From the IMG/VR virus record IMGVR_UViG_3300030060_005186: a stretch of 54,004 nucleotides of DNA, one strand, 5' to 3'. Position 1 is the first letter of the stretch; every line of letters begins with the position of its first letter. The DNA comes from an uncultured virus (IMG/VR IMGVR_UViG_3300030060_005186) (Duplodnaviria > Heunggongvirae > Uroviricota > Caudoviricetes). The notes under the pieces were generated by a model that saw only the letters and a list, made by a program, of their open reading frames with translations, was not told the DNA's origin and ran no database searches. Both the position numbers and the translations under genes were made by a program. Below, in pieces: positions 38,500 to 48,163 of the stretch.

Positions 38500-40815
38500 A
38501 TGATTGTAGATGAGTACTATGCAGGTGATGAGAAACCCATTCTCTACACACGCTACCGTGATGCAGAGGGTAATCTCATCGAAGAGAATGTCAAAGGGTA
38601 CCAGCCATACTTCTGGATACCTGCTAACGTAGGTGAGTACCGCAAGAGGCGACTCATGACTAGGTATCCCACAGCACGCATCACTGAGGAGACTGCCGTA
38701 GGATTGGACGATGTCCCCCTCATCAAGGTGGAGGCCGAGTCACCGTTCGATATCATCAGCATGAGACAGGAGTTCGACAGGACTTACGAGGCTGACCTAA
38801 GATTCACAGACAGGTGGCTGATAGACAACGTACCTGTCATGCCAGAGTGGAAGCCACGCAAATGGTGGTTTGACATAGAAGCAGACCCCGGAGAGGGCTT
38901 CACTACCATTATCGCTGTGATAGACAGCGACCTAGACACACCAGTGGTATTCGCGTGGGCAGACGAGCAAACTAACTGCTCTTATGATAGTAATGGAAAC
39001 TACATGCGACAAGTGCGTGATGTAGACTACGAACTCAGACTATATTCATCGGAGTCTGAACTCCATGAGGGATTCGTTGAGTTCCTACAGGAGCGTGACC
39101 CTGACATGCTGATAGCACACGCAGGTTCCTTCTTCGACATCCCTCACTTGCTACAAAGGATACCTAACCCACAGAGGCTCAGCCCAGTGGGGCAGATACG
39201 TAGGATGAAGAGGGGAAAGGACAGGTATGACCCCACTGACCAGCCTATCGTAGGCAGGTGGCAATTCGATACAGCAGCGCAGGCTGCTAGTGGCACAGGC
39301 TTCGAGCGTGTGTGGAAGGACAGTGGTGGTGGGCAACTACCATCCCTCAAACTGAATGACATTGCTGAGACTGTAGGACTGGGTTCCAAACTCACTGAGG
39401 AAATTGAAGGCATGGACGTCTTCAATGGCTGGTACGAGCATTGGGATGACTTCGTAGACTACTGTCTGCTTGACACTCATTTGCTACGAGGCATAGACGA
39501 GGCGCGGAACGTGACTGATTTCTATGTGCAGATGGTCAGACTCTGTGGTGTCTCACTTCCATCCGCGTGCAACGTCACTAACTTCGCCCGAGGATTGCTG
39601 TCTCGGAGGACCGAGAAGAAAGCACCTAGTAGATACAAGGCGGGTGACATAGAGAAACTCAAGGGGGCTGAAGTAGGTCTCAATTGTGTCACTGGTCTCC
39701 ATGAAGGAGTGGGGGTCATAGATTACAAAGGACTGTACCCCTCGATAATTCTAGGAGGCAATCTCTCCTACGAGACACAGCGAGATGGGCCGGGTGAAAA
39801 CATTCTCCAGTTGGAGAACGGTACTTATTGGGACCAGTCTAAACAAGGCCTGCTCCCTTCAGTTGTAGAATACCTATTCGATTACCGTGACACATGCAAG
39901 CAACGCATGAGAGATGCCACAACTCCAGAGGAGAGAGCCGCATGGAACACCACGCAAATGGCAGTCAAGCGTGTCATGGCCTCACTCTATGGAATGTGTG
40001 CTCACATAGGGTACGGCTGGGCTAACGGTGACATCGCACACACAATCACACAGGAAGGAAGGCGTTGCATACGTCTCCTTGATAGCGTAGCCACGAAGTA
40101 TGGCTATGAATGCCTCTACGGTCACACAGACTCAGCGTTCGTCAAAGTACCGAACGTAGATGAAGCGCACAAACTAGCCGAGAAGATAACAACGGCTGTG
40201 CAGAGAGAGACAGGCAACAACATGCTCTTCGCAGAACTCGAAGCGTGGATGCCCTATTGGTTGCTGACTAAGAAGAACAGATACGTAGGCAAGGTGGCTT
40301 GGCCTGAGGAAGACCAAGGCAAACTCAAGGTGGCTGGCTTTGGCATGAAAGCATCCAACACAGCCCCTCTGTCCAAGAAGATACAGAAGGGGGTCTTCGA
40401 GTTGATATGTGACGGAGCCAATGAAAATGCAGTAGAGGAATTCGTCTTGCCCATAGCAATGCAAGTCAGGAATGGTGAGATACCACTCGAGGAAGTATCT
40501 ATGAAGACGCGCTTGGGTATGCATTTGAAAGACTACAAAGTCTTGAGTGGAGCCTCGAAAGCAGCAGTGGCCTACAACAAAAACAACCGCGAGAAGTTTG
40601 GTAAAGGTGACTCAGTGCCTTGGACTTACATCAAGGAAGAGCCGGGCATCATAGCCTACCGCGAACCCGAAGACTTGACGGGATTTACCTTGGACTCAGA
40701 TATAATTTTGAAGAAAATGCTAAAGACCAAGTTGGACAGTATCTATTCTACCCTATCTTGGGACCTCGAAAGAGCACTAGGTGCTCCTAGTCCCAAAGCC
40801 TATGGGTGGTGGTGA
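38500..40815 (+). CDS. polB: Family B DNA polymerase with 3'-5' exonuclease
   Basis: ExoI FDIE, ExoII FFD, ExoIII YCLLD; DYKGLYPS, KRVMASLYG, YGHTDS, KKNRY. Confidence 0.96.
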   Translation: MIVDEYYAGDEKPILYTRYRDAEGNLIEENVKGYQPYFWIPANVGEYRKRRLMTRYPTARITEETAVGLDDVPLIKVEAESPFDIISMRQEFDRTYEADLRFTDRWLIDNVPVMPEWKPRKWWFDIEADPGEGFTTIIAVIDSDLDTPVVFAWADEQTNCSYDSNGNYMRQVRDVDYELRLYSSESELHEGFVEFLQERDPDMLIAHAGSFFDIPHLLQRIPNPQRLSPVGQIRRMKRGKDRYDPTDQPIVGRWQFDTAAQAASGTGFERVWKDSGGGQLPSLKLNDIAETVGLGSKLTEEIEGMDVFNGWYEHWDDFVDYCLLDTHLLRGIDEARNVTDFYVQMVRLCGVSLPSACNVTNFARGLLSRRTEKKAPSRYKAGDIEKLKGAEVGLNCVTGLHEGVGVIDYKGLYPSIILGGNLSYETQRDGPGENILQLENGTYWDQSKQGLLPSVVEYLFDYRDTCKQRMRDATTPEERAAWNTTQMAVKRVMASLYGMCAHIGYGWANGDIAHTITQEGRRCIRLLDSVATKYGYECLYGHTDSAFVKVPNVDEAHKLAEKITTAVQRETGNNMLFAELEAWMPYWLLTKKNRYVGKVAWPEEDQGKLKVAGFGMKASNTAPLSKKIQKGVFELICDGANENAVEEFVLPIAMQVRNGEIPLEEVSMKTRLGMHLKDYKVLSGASKAAVAYNKNNREKFGKGDSVPWTYIKEEPGIIAYREPEDLTGFTLDSDIILKKMLKTKLDSIYSTLSWDLERALGAPSPKAYGWW

Positions 40816-40819
40816 TAAA

Positions 40820-40933
40820 ATGGAAGAAGAAAGACAACACAGACAGACGAAGTTATGGGAATGGATTCCCAACAGAACGAGACAAACCACCTTGGAGGAG
40901 TTCGGTGTCAGAAGAACAGCAAATACCGACTGA
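40820..40933 (+). CDS. 37-aa microprotein with two PIP-box motifs
   Basis: Not in ORF track; MEEERQHRQTKLWEWIPNRTRQTTLEEFGVRRTANTD; GGTGGTGA RBS 4 nt before ATG. Confidence 0.65.
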   Translation: MEEERQHRQTKLWEWIPNRTRQTTLEEFGVRRTANTD

Positions 40934-41189
40934 CGCAGTTCTCTGGCGCGTAGCGCACCTCCTTCGTGAGAAGAATGAGAAGTATGGCGACAGCGCTCTC
41001 GACCCAATGAGATTGTTCTACAAGGGTGGGAACAAGGCCGCTGACATGATTAGGATACGGATAGATGACAAGTTATCTCGCCTCGCTCGTGGTAGTGCAG
41101 GCATCGAGAGTGACCTTGACATCTACCATGACCTCATAGGCTATCTCGCTCTACTCATTGTGGCTTTAGAAAAGCAAGGTGAGGAATGA
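40905..41189 (+). CDS. Nucleotide-modification-associated domain 1 (DUF1599/MazG-like) protein
   Basis: KNEKYGDS...RIDDKLSRL...DLIGYLAL; GTG start after GGAGG. Confidence 0.7.
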   Translation: MSEEQQIPTDAVLWRVAHLLREKNEKYGDSALDPMRLFYKGGNKAADMIRIRIDDKLSRLARGSAGIESDLDIYHDLIGYLALLIVALEKQGEE

Positions 41190-42109
41190 TGGGCTTGACT
41201 CTGGTCTACGATGACCAATCCTCCTACGCTTGGACACCTGAGATGGGTGAAGAAGACATCGTAATCAGAGTAAGCAAGTCCACTCTCACTGCGAGTAAGT
41301 GGTGCCCTCAACAACTATGGCTGTCCAAGACCCACGAAGTTCCCCAATTGCAGCACGACTACCTAGTGATAGGTGACGACGTGCATCAAAGCATGGAAGC
41401 ATTCTATCACAATGCTGACGCTGAATCTCTGTCGATGCTAAAGGACGCTGCTAGTGAAGGTAAGGACAGGCTAGTCATGGAACAACTCAGGACTTGGCTA
41501 CCTTCTAGGGAAGAGGTCATCGGCATGAGAAGAGACGCGTCTAAGGACGAGCCATTCTACGAAGCAGAGTACGACCACAACATCACATGGCTTCTTCGGA
41601 ATGAGATACTCAGGCTGGCTTACACTGACCCTGAAGATTTCTTACCTGTTGCAAACGAAGTGAAACTATCTCCTCTTACTACCTTCCGTGTAGATGACAA
41701 GGAAGTCAAGGTGAGGCTGGTCGGTATCATTGACCGGGTATTCAGAGAAGGGCAAGGAGGTCTAGCCCTCATGGAGTTGAAGACTGGCAAGTGGCACCCG
41801 AGGAAAATGTCTGCCATGAGAATGGAGATGGCATACTACAAGATGCTCATCGAACTCTCCACTGAGGAGGATTTGATAGAAGCGGGATTGAATGACAGCA
41901 TCGTCACCCACTGGGGTTGGAGATACAGTGCAGCAGACCGATTGGATTACGAGCCAACCAAGAAAGTGAGTGAGCGTGCCATGGAGACAGCACTGAACAA
42001 ACTACTACGCATGTATGTAGAACAAGAATTTCCTATGACTAAGGACGATTTCAAATGCTCTTACTGTGATTACATGGACCTCTGTCCAAAGTACAAGGTG
42101 GAATCATGA
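41186..42109 (+). CDS. Cas4/AddB-like PD-(D/E)XK exonuclease with Fe-S cysteines
   Basis: WCP near N-terminus, GIIDR...ELKTG, EMAYY, CSYCDYMDLC. Confidence 0.85.
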   Translation: MMGLTLVYDDQSSYAWTPEMGEEDIVIRVSKSTLTASKWCPQQLWLSKTHEVPQLQHDYLVIGDDVHQSMEAFYHNADAESLSMLKDAASEGKDRLVMEQLRTWLPSREEVIGMRRDASKDEPFYEAEYDHNITWLLRNEILRLAYTDPEDFLPVANEVKLSPLTTFRVDDKEVKVRLVGIIDRVFREGQGGLALMELKTGKWHPRKMSAMRMEMAYYKMLIELSTEEDLIEAGLNDSIVTHWGWRYSAADRLDYEPTKKVSERAMETALNKLLRMYVEQEFPMTKDDFKCSYCDYMDLCPKYKVES

Positions 42110-42234
42110 GTGACGAGTTAGAGCACTGGAGTCAGAAACACTTCGCAGAGTTAGCATTCTGGCGCACCATAGCAGCGGGTGTGAACATCATCCTATCATC
42201 AATGATAGCATTGAAAATCTTCGAGGTGATATAA
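42106..42234 (+). CDS. Small membrane peptide (42 aa)
   Basis: Not in ORF track; overlaps at both ends; hydrophobic C-terminal half. Confidence 0.55.
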   Translation: MSDELEHWSQKHFAELAFWRTIAAGVNIILSSMIALKIFEVI

Positions 42235-42494
42235 TGGAAGAAGAGTACTACTTAGAGACGGTGAGACTACTGCTTTTAGAAAGCCTGAGGGACACCCACA
42301 AAAGTGATGACATCTATGTGCATTACGGTAGTGTTCCAGAGGATATGGTTGTAGACCCTATCCCTATTGATAAGTACATAGACATCTGCATACCAAGAGA
42401 ATATGTGAGTCCCGAAACTATCCTTCTACTTTACACAGAGTGCAACAAAGCACTATCGGAATTCAAATGGGGGGTAGAGCATGAACATAATTGA
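42234..42494 (+). CDS. Hypothetical protein
   Basis: GAGGTGA RBS. Confidence 0.65.
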   Translation: MEEEYYLETVRLLLLESLRDTHKSDDIYVHYGSVPEDMVVDPIPIDKYIDICIPREYVSPETILLLYTECNKALSEFKWGVEHEHN

Positions 42495-43551
42495 ATTCGA
42501 TTTCCCTCGTGAGGCTGGTTTGTTTCGCAAGGTGGTGCATACTCCAAAGGAGTTGGAAACATACTGGGGCTCGCTGCGCAACAGTCAGTGTGCATACACC
42601 AGCGTGTACGGGTTCCGTGCGGTGAAGCCTAGTGGCAAGCGCGGTGAGTACAACACGGCCATAGTCAGGCATTTCGTCTTGGACTTTGACAAGAAAGCCA
42701 GAAAGGGGAGCATCGTATTCGATGTGGATGGTGACCAAGTTCTCAATCAGGTTCGCAGAGCCCATCAAATGCTCATGGATAAAGACATACACCATGCTGT
42801 GTGGTTCAGTGGTAACGGGTTCCACATCTGGGTGAAACTATCCAAGACACATCGTCCTTCTACTGGGAGTGAAGTCTCCCTCATCAAGGCAGCAGGGAAG
42901 AAGGTCATCAACAGATGGAAAGATGCGTTGGACCTTACTTGCATGGACCCTACTGTGCCTTTTGACATGGCTAGACTCATACGCATTCCCAATTCCTACA
43001 ATGCCAAGCAGCACGTAGGGCGGTGGAGCATCCCATTGAAGAGCGAAGAACTTCTCGAATGGAGTTGGGATGATATTTGTGAAAGAGCAGAGCGTCACCG
43101 ACGAGGGCAGTACATGTACGGTAGCAATGGGGTTGACTTGCCTATAGAAGAAGTGAAGAGCACTCGCTTTACTAACACGGGACCAGCCATAGAGTTTGAC
43201 ACAGTTGAGATGAACGGTATCAAGATACTACCATGTCTGGTAGAGGCTGCTTGTCAAGTGGGTAGTAACCCACCTCACGACGCACGCAAATCTCTCGTAA
43301 TATATCTAGCATCCAGACTCAGAAACTTCTTGCCTGTAGAGAGGACGACTCAAGACTCCCGTGATGAGCATGCAGAACTAATCTCTCAATACATACACAC
43401 ACTACAGTGGGCTGATTACGATGAGAACGTGACTAGGTATCATGTAAGCACGATAGTCAATGGTGGTTACCATCAACACTGCTCCTCTCTAGAGTCAGGG
43501 GGGCTGTGCCTAGGCCGCTGCCAATTATGGGATGGGACGGGGTCAGTATGA
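42481..43551 (+). CDS. Archaeo-eukaryotic primase, PriS fused to PriL-type Fe-S domain
   Basis: LDFD, SGNGFH, RLIRIPNS; C-terminal LPCL...C...CSSL...LCLGRC. Confidence 0.88.
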   Translation: MNIIEFDFPREAGLFRKVVHTPKELETYWGSLRNSQCAYTSVYGFRAVKPSGKRGEYNTAIVRHFVLDFDKKARKGSIVFDVDGDQVLNQVRRAHQMLMDKDIHHAVWFSGNGFHIWVKLSKTHRPSTGSEVSLIKAAGKKVINRWKDALDLTCMDPTVPFDMARLIRIPNSYNAKQHVGRWSIPLKSEELLEWSWDDICERAERHRRGQYMYGSNGVDLPIEEVKSTRFTNTGPAIEFDTVEMNGIKILPCLVEAACQVGSNPPHDARKSLVIYLASRLRNFLPVERTTQDSRDEHAELISQYIHTLQWADYDENVTRYHVSTIVNGGYHQHCSSLESGGLCLGRCQLWDGTGSV

Positions 43552-44243
43552 AGCCGTTAATTATAGACAGCAATGAGCGAGGTCCTCTCCCCGAGGCAGT
43601 GTTGCGTAGAGCCATGAAGAAGAAGCCAGCAGTGGGTGTCTCTCGTGAAGCCCTTGTCATTGGTGATTACCTATGCGGTCAGTGGCACTTAGAAGCAAAG
43701 ACCGTTTCCGATTTCTTGGAGTCGTTGCGAAGTGGCCATCTCATGCGCCAATTGGACAACCTTGACGCCAATGCTCCGCAGTTTGGCGTGGTCGTGTGGG
43801 GTGAGGTGGGAGATTATGTTAAACAAGTGCAACTTCGCGGCGGCTCCACCAATTTCAGTGCTGCTACAAAGCAAATAGCAGGTGGCTTGGCTCGGATAGC
43901 CGCAGACTTTGGTTGTCTAGTCTATCGTGCTCCGAACTTGATGGAAGCATCCCACTTCATTGTCGGACTACATGAGAAAACGTACAAGCAGGCAAGCAGA
44001 CACGGTGCACAGGCTGTGCGTCGCGTCTCTAGCAACGACGTGCGAGTCGACATGCTCCGAACCATACCCGGCATCGGTGATGAGATGGTGGATAATATTC
44101 TCGAGGCTTGTGGCAGTATCGAAGAGGCAGCCTGTGGTGAGTGCCTGAGAGATGTCAAAAGGATGGGCAAAGTTCTCCGAGGGCGTGTGGTTGAAGCCTT
44201 GACAAGTGAGGATGAAGTGCTCATTGAACGTAGAACTTCTTGA
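43548..44243 (+). CDS. ERCC4/XPF-family nuclease with HhH motifs
   Basis: IIDSNE, GDY, EAKTVSDF, IPGIG. Confidence 0.88.
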   Translation: MKPLIIDSNERGPLPEAVLRRAMKKKPAVGVSREALVIGDYLCGQWHLEAKTVSDFLESLRSGHLMRQLDNLDANAPQFGVVVWGEVGDYVKQVQLRGGSTNFSAATKQIAGGLARIAADFGCLVYRAPNLMEASHFIVGLHEKTYKQASRHGAQAVRRVSSNDVRVDMLRTIPGIGDEMVDNILEACGSIEEAACGECLRDVKRMGKVLRGRVVEALTSEDEVLIERRTS

Positions 44244-44279
44244 TATTATTGGGTTCTTCTCTTACAATATAGACGATTT

Positions 44280-44287
44280 GTTTATAG
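44280..44287 (+). promoter_or_regulatory. TATA box (GTTTATAG)
   Basis: 30 nt upstream of ATG 44310. Confidence 0.65.
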
Positions 44288-44309
44288 ACTGGTCAAGAGT
44301 CGAGGTGGT

Positions 44310-45767
44310 ATGGCAAGAACTTGGGAAGATTATACAGCCGTGAAGCGATACCCTATACTGAAAGATTACGTAGAGAGATTCAGGAAAACCTCATTCTTCA
44401 ATGAGGTACCAGCCCTGCTATCATTCTTCTTTCTACAAGGACAGAAGGTGGCAGACCTGATACGAATTCCGGTGTGGGCTAGTTATTTAGACGGGAGATT
44501 CCACGTGTTCTGGGTCCAGCCTACTAGGTCCGGGAAGTCGATTGCTTGGGAATTCATAGGAGAAGTGGCACGCCACGCAGATATAGATGCTGATATTTTC
44601 ACATCAGGGACAGATGCTGGACTGATTGGTTCCTTCAAGACACACAAGGACGAGAACGGGGACTACTACACTGAGGAAGTGCCCGGTCTGTTGAATGGAA
44701 ACAAACTCTTGAACTTCGATGAGGGTAGTATTCTACTACAACCTAGCCCCAAGCAGTTCTTCCAAGAGGTCATACTTTACCTACAGCAGGCTATGAACCC
44801 CATCGGTAGCCACAGCAACACACTGACCAAGCACATGAAGGACGGTAAAATTGAGACTGAGTCTCGCGTGTCCTTCTGGATTACCACTTTCCCTCCTGCA
44901 GGTGTCAAAGAGTACGTATTGACAAAGGGATTGTTCCAAAGAGTGCTACTCTATTATGCTCCTTGGGACAATGACATGAGAATGGAGGTCTCCAAGCGGA
45001 GGATGCGAGGAGTGTGGGCCAATGAGATGGAGGAAGTCAAGACCACTGAGGACTTGGCACAGCACTTCATACAAGTGGAGACTCTTGTGCTGGAACACCT
45101 CTTCGCTTGCTCAGATATCGATGGAAAGATGTGGGCTGACCTAGACCCTACAGTCAAGGAAGAAAGAGAAGAGCGTGAGAGTATAGTCCGAGGAGCGTCG
45201 TTGCAGATGTTCGCCAAGACAAGAGACTTTGACCCTGCACTGGATGCCGCAGTAGAGGAGTTCTACCACCTCGTTACGGGAATGGATGCTAAACTAGGTG
45301 ACGTTGTGCTCTCCTTCATGCCTAACATCGAGAATTATCTCAACGTCCTAGCCACTCATTTAGTTCTTATTGAGAAGAACGAGCAACGGAACAGTGGAGA
45401 CTACGACCCTGCAGATACATGGCACGTTACAGGTGACCATCTCGACATGGCCATGGAGATACTATACGATGTGTATGAGAAACTAATCATCTGGCTGGAG
45501 AGTGACCTAGAACTAGGTGCTACCAAGGCTGCGAAACTAGCCAAGGCTGAGGCATGGCAGAAGGCTCTGGGTGCCTGCAAGGTCTACGACTTAGGCGACC
45601 ATCGTGGGGATGGTTGGAGTCTCAAGAAGGATGTTCTCAAGACATACGGTAGGCAGATGGACAGGAGCCTACCTGTCGTGTACAAACACTACGATGAAAT
45701 AAAAGCCTCCTTCAAGGAGACTAAGGTGTCCGGGGTACCGTACGTAAGATGGAGTGAGGAAAATTGA
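44310..45767 (+). CDS. AAA+ ATPase, putative divergent MCM-like replicative helicase
   Basis: Walker A PTRSGKS, TDAGLIG, Walker B LLNFDE, LQQAM, Arg finger FQR. Confidence 0.65.
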   Translation: MARTWEDYTAVKRYPILKDYVERFRKTSFFNEVPALLSFFFLQGQKVADLIRIPVWASYLDGRFHVFWVQPTRSGKSIAWEFIGEVARHADIDADIFTSGTDAGLIGSFKTHKDENGDYYTEEVPGLLNGNKLLNFDEGSILLQPSPKQFFQEVILYLQQAMNPIGSHSNTLTKHMKDGKIETESRVSFWITTFPPAGVKEYVLTKGLFQRVLLYYAPWDNDMRMEVSKRRMRGVWANEMEEVKTTEDLAQHFIQVETLVLEHLFACSDIDGKMWADLDPTVKEEREERESIVRGASLQMFAKTRDFDPALDAAVEEFYHLVTGMDAKLGDVVLSFMPNIENYLNVLATHLVLIEKNEQRNSGDYDPADTWHVTGDHLDMAMEILYDVYEKLIIWLESDLELGATKAAKLAKAEAWQKALGACKVYDLGDHRGDGWSLKKDVLKTYGRQMDRSLPVVYKHYDEIKASFKETKVSGVPYVRWSEEN

Positions 45768-46357
45768 CAGAGATAATGGCATTGGATATTGAAACTGGAA
45801 ACTATTCGTGGGAGATAGGAGGTTGGGGTAACACCCACCTCTTCGAGCCCACAGTAGTCTGCACTTGGGATGGTGAGGAAGGACATCTCTTCTCTAAGGA
45901 GGAGATAGATATCGATGATGCTATCTGGCATCCTCTACACCCCAAGGAACTAGGTGAGCATTTAGAGAAGCATGTAGAGAAGGGTGGCAAGATACTAGGT
46001 CACAACTTGATGGGCTTTGACCTACCAGTGTTGAGAGACGCATTGGATTGCTACTATGCTGGGCAATTGATGAAGAGTGAGCACGTGTTGGACACCTCTG
46101 CTCTTCTCCGAGGTGCGACTGGGAAGAGTCACCATCTGGATGACATCTGCAAGCATACTCTAGGGAAGCAGAAGACTCATCAGAGTGAAGAGGCCCCTAA
46201 GATGTGGCAATCAGGAGAATACCAAAGTGTCGCAGACTACTGCTTGAAGGACTGTCAGTTGGTCTATGATGTCTGGCAGTACGGGAAGTCAGAAGGCTTC
46301 GTAAAGAATCGAAATCCAGAAACAGGAATCGTAGATAGTATTGAGGTGATTTGGTGA
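45764..46357 (+). CDS. DEDD-family 3'-5' exonuclease (RNase H fold)
   Basis: LDIET, GHNLMGFD, YCLKD. Confidence 0.85.
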   Translation: MTEIMALDIETGNYSWEIGGWGNTHLFEPTVVCTWDGEEGHLFSKEEIDIDDAIWHPLHPKELGEHLEKHVEKGGKILGHNLMGFDLPVLRDALDCYYAGQLMKSEHVLDTSALLRGATGKSHHLDDICKHTLGKQKTHQSEEAPKMWQSGEYQSVADYCLKDCQLVYDVWQYGKSEGFVKNRNPETGIVDSIEVIW

Positions 46358-46479
46358 ACCTATTAGAAGATGCGCCTGACGATTTCTATCAAATATTTTA
46401 CGTGACAATCTGTGAATACTTCAACATAGACCCCGACGCCCTACTCATCCAATTAATGGAGGAAGAAAACAATGAGTGA
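46354..46479 (+). CDS. Small hypothetical protein (41 aa)
   Basis: Not in ORF track; GAGGTGA RBS, GTGA overlap. Confidence 0.45.
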   Translation: MNLLEDAPDDFYQIFYVTICEYFNIDPDALLIQLMEEENNE

Positions 46480-47992
46480 ACAAGAAAAACAAACAGGTAG
46501 AGAAGCACAAATGAGTAACATAAAGGCAGCCATGAATGTGGCTGAGACCGTTAGGTCTACCTTGGGTCCAGCAGGTATGGACAAGTTACTGACGAACGGT
46601 AGTCACCACATCGTGACCAATGATGGCATATCAGTTCTCCGAGAACTAGACACTGCACATCCGGGTGCGCAAATGATGGTGGAAGCGAGTCAGACACAGG
46701 AAGCAGTGTGCAAAGACGGGACAACGAGCGTCGTTGTCGTGGCGGGTCAGATGCTAGCCTTGAGTCAAGGGCTGTTGATGAGAGGGATACATCCTAGAGT
46801 TGTCATCCGCTCATTCCAAGCAGGTAAGAACCTCGCACTAGAGCATCTGCAATCGCAGGACATTAACATTCTGGACGCTGCGAAGACAGCACTGAGAGGG
46901 AAAGCCACAGAGAGTGACCTAGATTACGCTGCAGAATTGTGTTTGAAAGCATGCGAGAAGGCTGATGGTAATCTAGACCACATCAGGGTAATCACACAAG
47001 CAGGAGGCTCACTAAGTGATTCCTACGTACAGGACGGTCTCGTCATCAACAAGGAGTTCGCCAATGAAGTAGAAGACAAGAGTATGGAGGGAGACCTGAA
47101 CGTCCTCCTATTGAATGGTGGTCTCGAGGGATATGATTTCAATGAGGTCCAGATGCAAGTAGAGAACATGCAGCAATTGCATGAACTCAAACAACAGGAA
47201 CTCAAGATGCTCAGCGAGTTAGCATCTATGGTGGCTGGAGCAGTGGGCCCTCAAGGTGTAGTCTTCGTAAGAGACAGCGTGCACGAAGCAGTAGCACACT
47301 ACCTATCACAGCACGGCATTCCACTCGTGACTCGTTTGCAACAAAGCGACATGGAAGGTTTGTCTAGACTACTAGGTGTCCCAATCTACCATCGCATCGT
47401 GGATGTCGATGAGCCCATCATGGCCATCAATGCCTCCATCAAACAGGAACGCATAGGAGACTTGGACTTCGTCACAGTCGCAGGTGAAGGTGAGGCTACC
47501 TGCCTCGTCGTCAGAGGAGCGACCCGACAGACCATCGAAGAATACGAGAGAGCATTCGACGATGCCATCGGTGTTACCTGTCTAGCCATGAAGGATGGCG
47601 GAAGAGGTTTCCCCGGCGGAGGTGCTTCGTTCTCAGCAGCATCTGTGACAGTGAGAGAGCACGCAGCCAACCAGCCTAACATGACAGCGAGGGAGAGAAT
47701 GTGCCTAGAAGCCTACGCGGATGCACTAGAGATAATCCCTGCAGCCATAGCAAATAACGCAGGCATGGACCCGTTAGATGTAGTGATGGAACTAAGGTCT
47801 GCAGAGGACGGCATTGGATTGTACATAGATGACCGTGGAGTCGGTGAGATTTGCAACACTCTAGAGAAGGGAGTGGTAGAGCCAGAGTCTCTGGTCAAGC
47901 AAGTCATCAGCAGCGCCACTGAAGTCGCTACTGCTATACTCAGGATAGATGACATCATGGCTATGAGGGAACAGAATGGAATGGCTGGTTAA
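46472..47992 (+). CDS. Group II chaperonin (thermosome-like)
   Basis: STLGPAGMDK, TNDG, DGTTS, GIHP, GGGA, ILRIDD. Confidence 0.95.
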   Translation: MSEQEKQTGREAQMSNIKAAMNVAETVRSTLGPAGMDKLLTNGSHHIVTNDGISVLRELDTAHPGAQMMVEASQTQEAVCKDGTTSVVVVAGQMLALSQGLLMRGIHPRVVIRSFQAGKNLALEHLQSQDINILDAAKTALRGKATESDLDYAAELCLKACEKADGNLDHIRVITQAGGSLSDSYVQDGLVINKEFANEVEDKSMEGDLNVLLLNGGLEGYDFNEVQMQVENMQQLHELKQQELKMLSELASMVAGAVGPQGVVFVRDSVHEAVAHYLSQHGIPLVTRLQQSDMEGLSRLLGVPIYHRIVDVDEPIMAINASIKQERIGDLDFVTVAGEGEATCLVVRGATRQTIEEYERAFDDAIGVTCLAMKDGGRGFPGGGASFSAASVTVREHAANQPNMTARERMCLEAYADALEIIPAAIANNAGMDPLDVVMELRSAEDGIGLYIDDRGVGEICNTLEKGVVEPESLVKQVISSATEVATAILRIDDIMAMREQNGMAG

Positions 47993-48119
47993 ACTATGCT
48001 TTGGCTGTTGGGCACTCGTCGGTCTAGGTTTGTTCTACGCAGTGCTCGACAGAGCAGTCTACTCTTTATTAAATGCTAAGAAAATAGGTGAGAAACCCGA
48101 GAATCTTGAGGAAGAATAA
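47976..48119 (+). CDS. Small membrane peptide (47 aa)
   Basis: Not in ORF track; LCFGCWALVGLGLFYAVL. Confidence 0.45.
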   Translation: MEWLVKLCFGCWALVGLGLFYAVLDRAVYSLLNAKKIGEKPENLEEE

Positions 48120-48163
48120 TAAGTCTCGGCATTCCCCATAACTTTGAAGAGCGAGCGCGGCAT

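Noticed and set aside
40807..40822. Readthrough or frameshift joining PolB to the PIP peptide
   Set aside because: PolB ends in tandem TGA TAA stops, the peptide is in another frame with its own RBS, and there is no obvious slippery site
41186..42109. Cas4-like gene as evidence of CRISPR-Cas
   Set aside because: No repeat-spacer array or other cas genes; solo Cas4-like nucleases are common in viral replication modules
38500..45767. Inteins or introns in PolB, RFC or helicase
   Set aside because: Protein lengths are compact and motif spacing is uninterrupted
15560..48119. Many proteins ending in EEE/GEEE as a C-terminal signal
   Set aside because: Explained by the next gene's GAGGA(G/A)GA ribosome-binding site overlapping the 3' end
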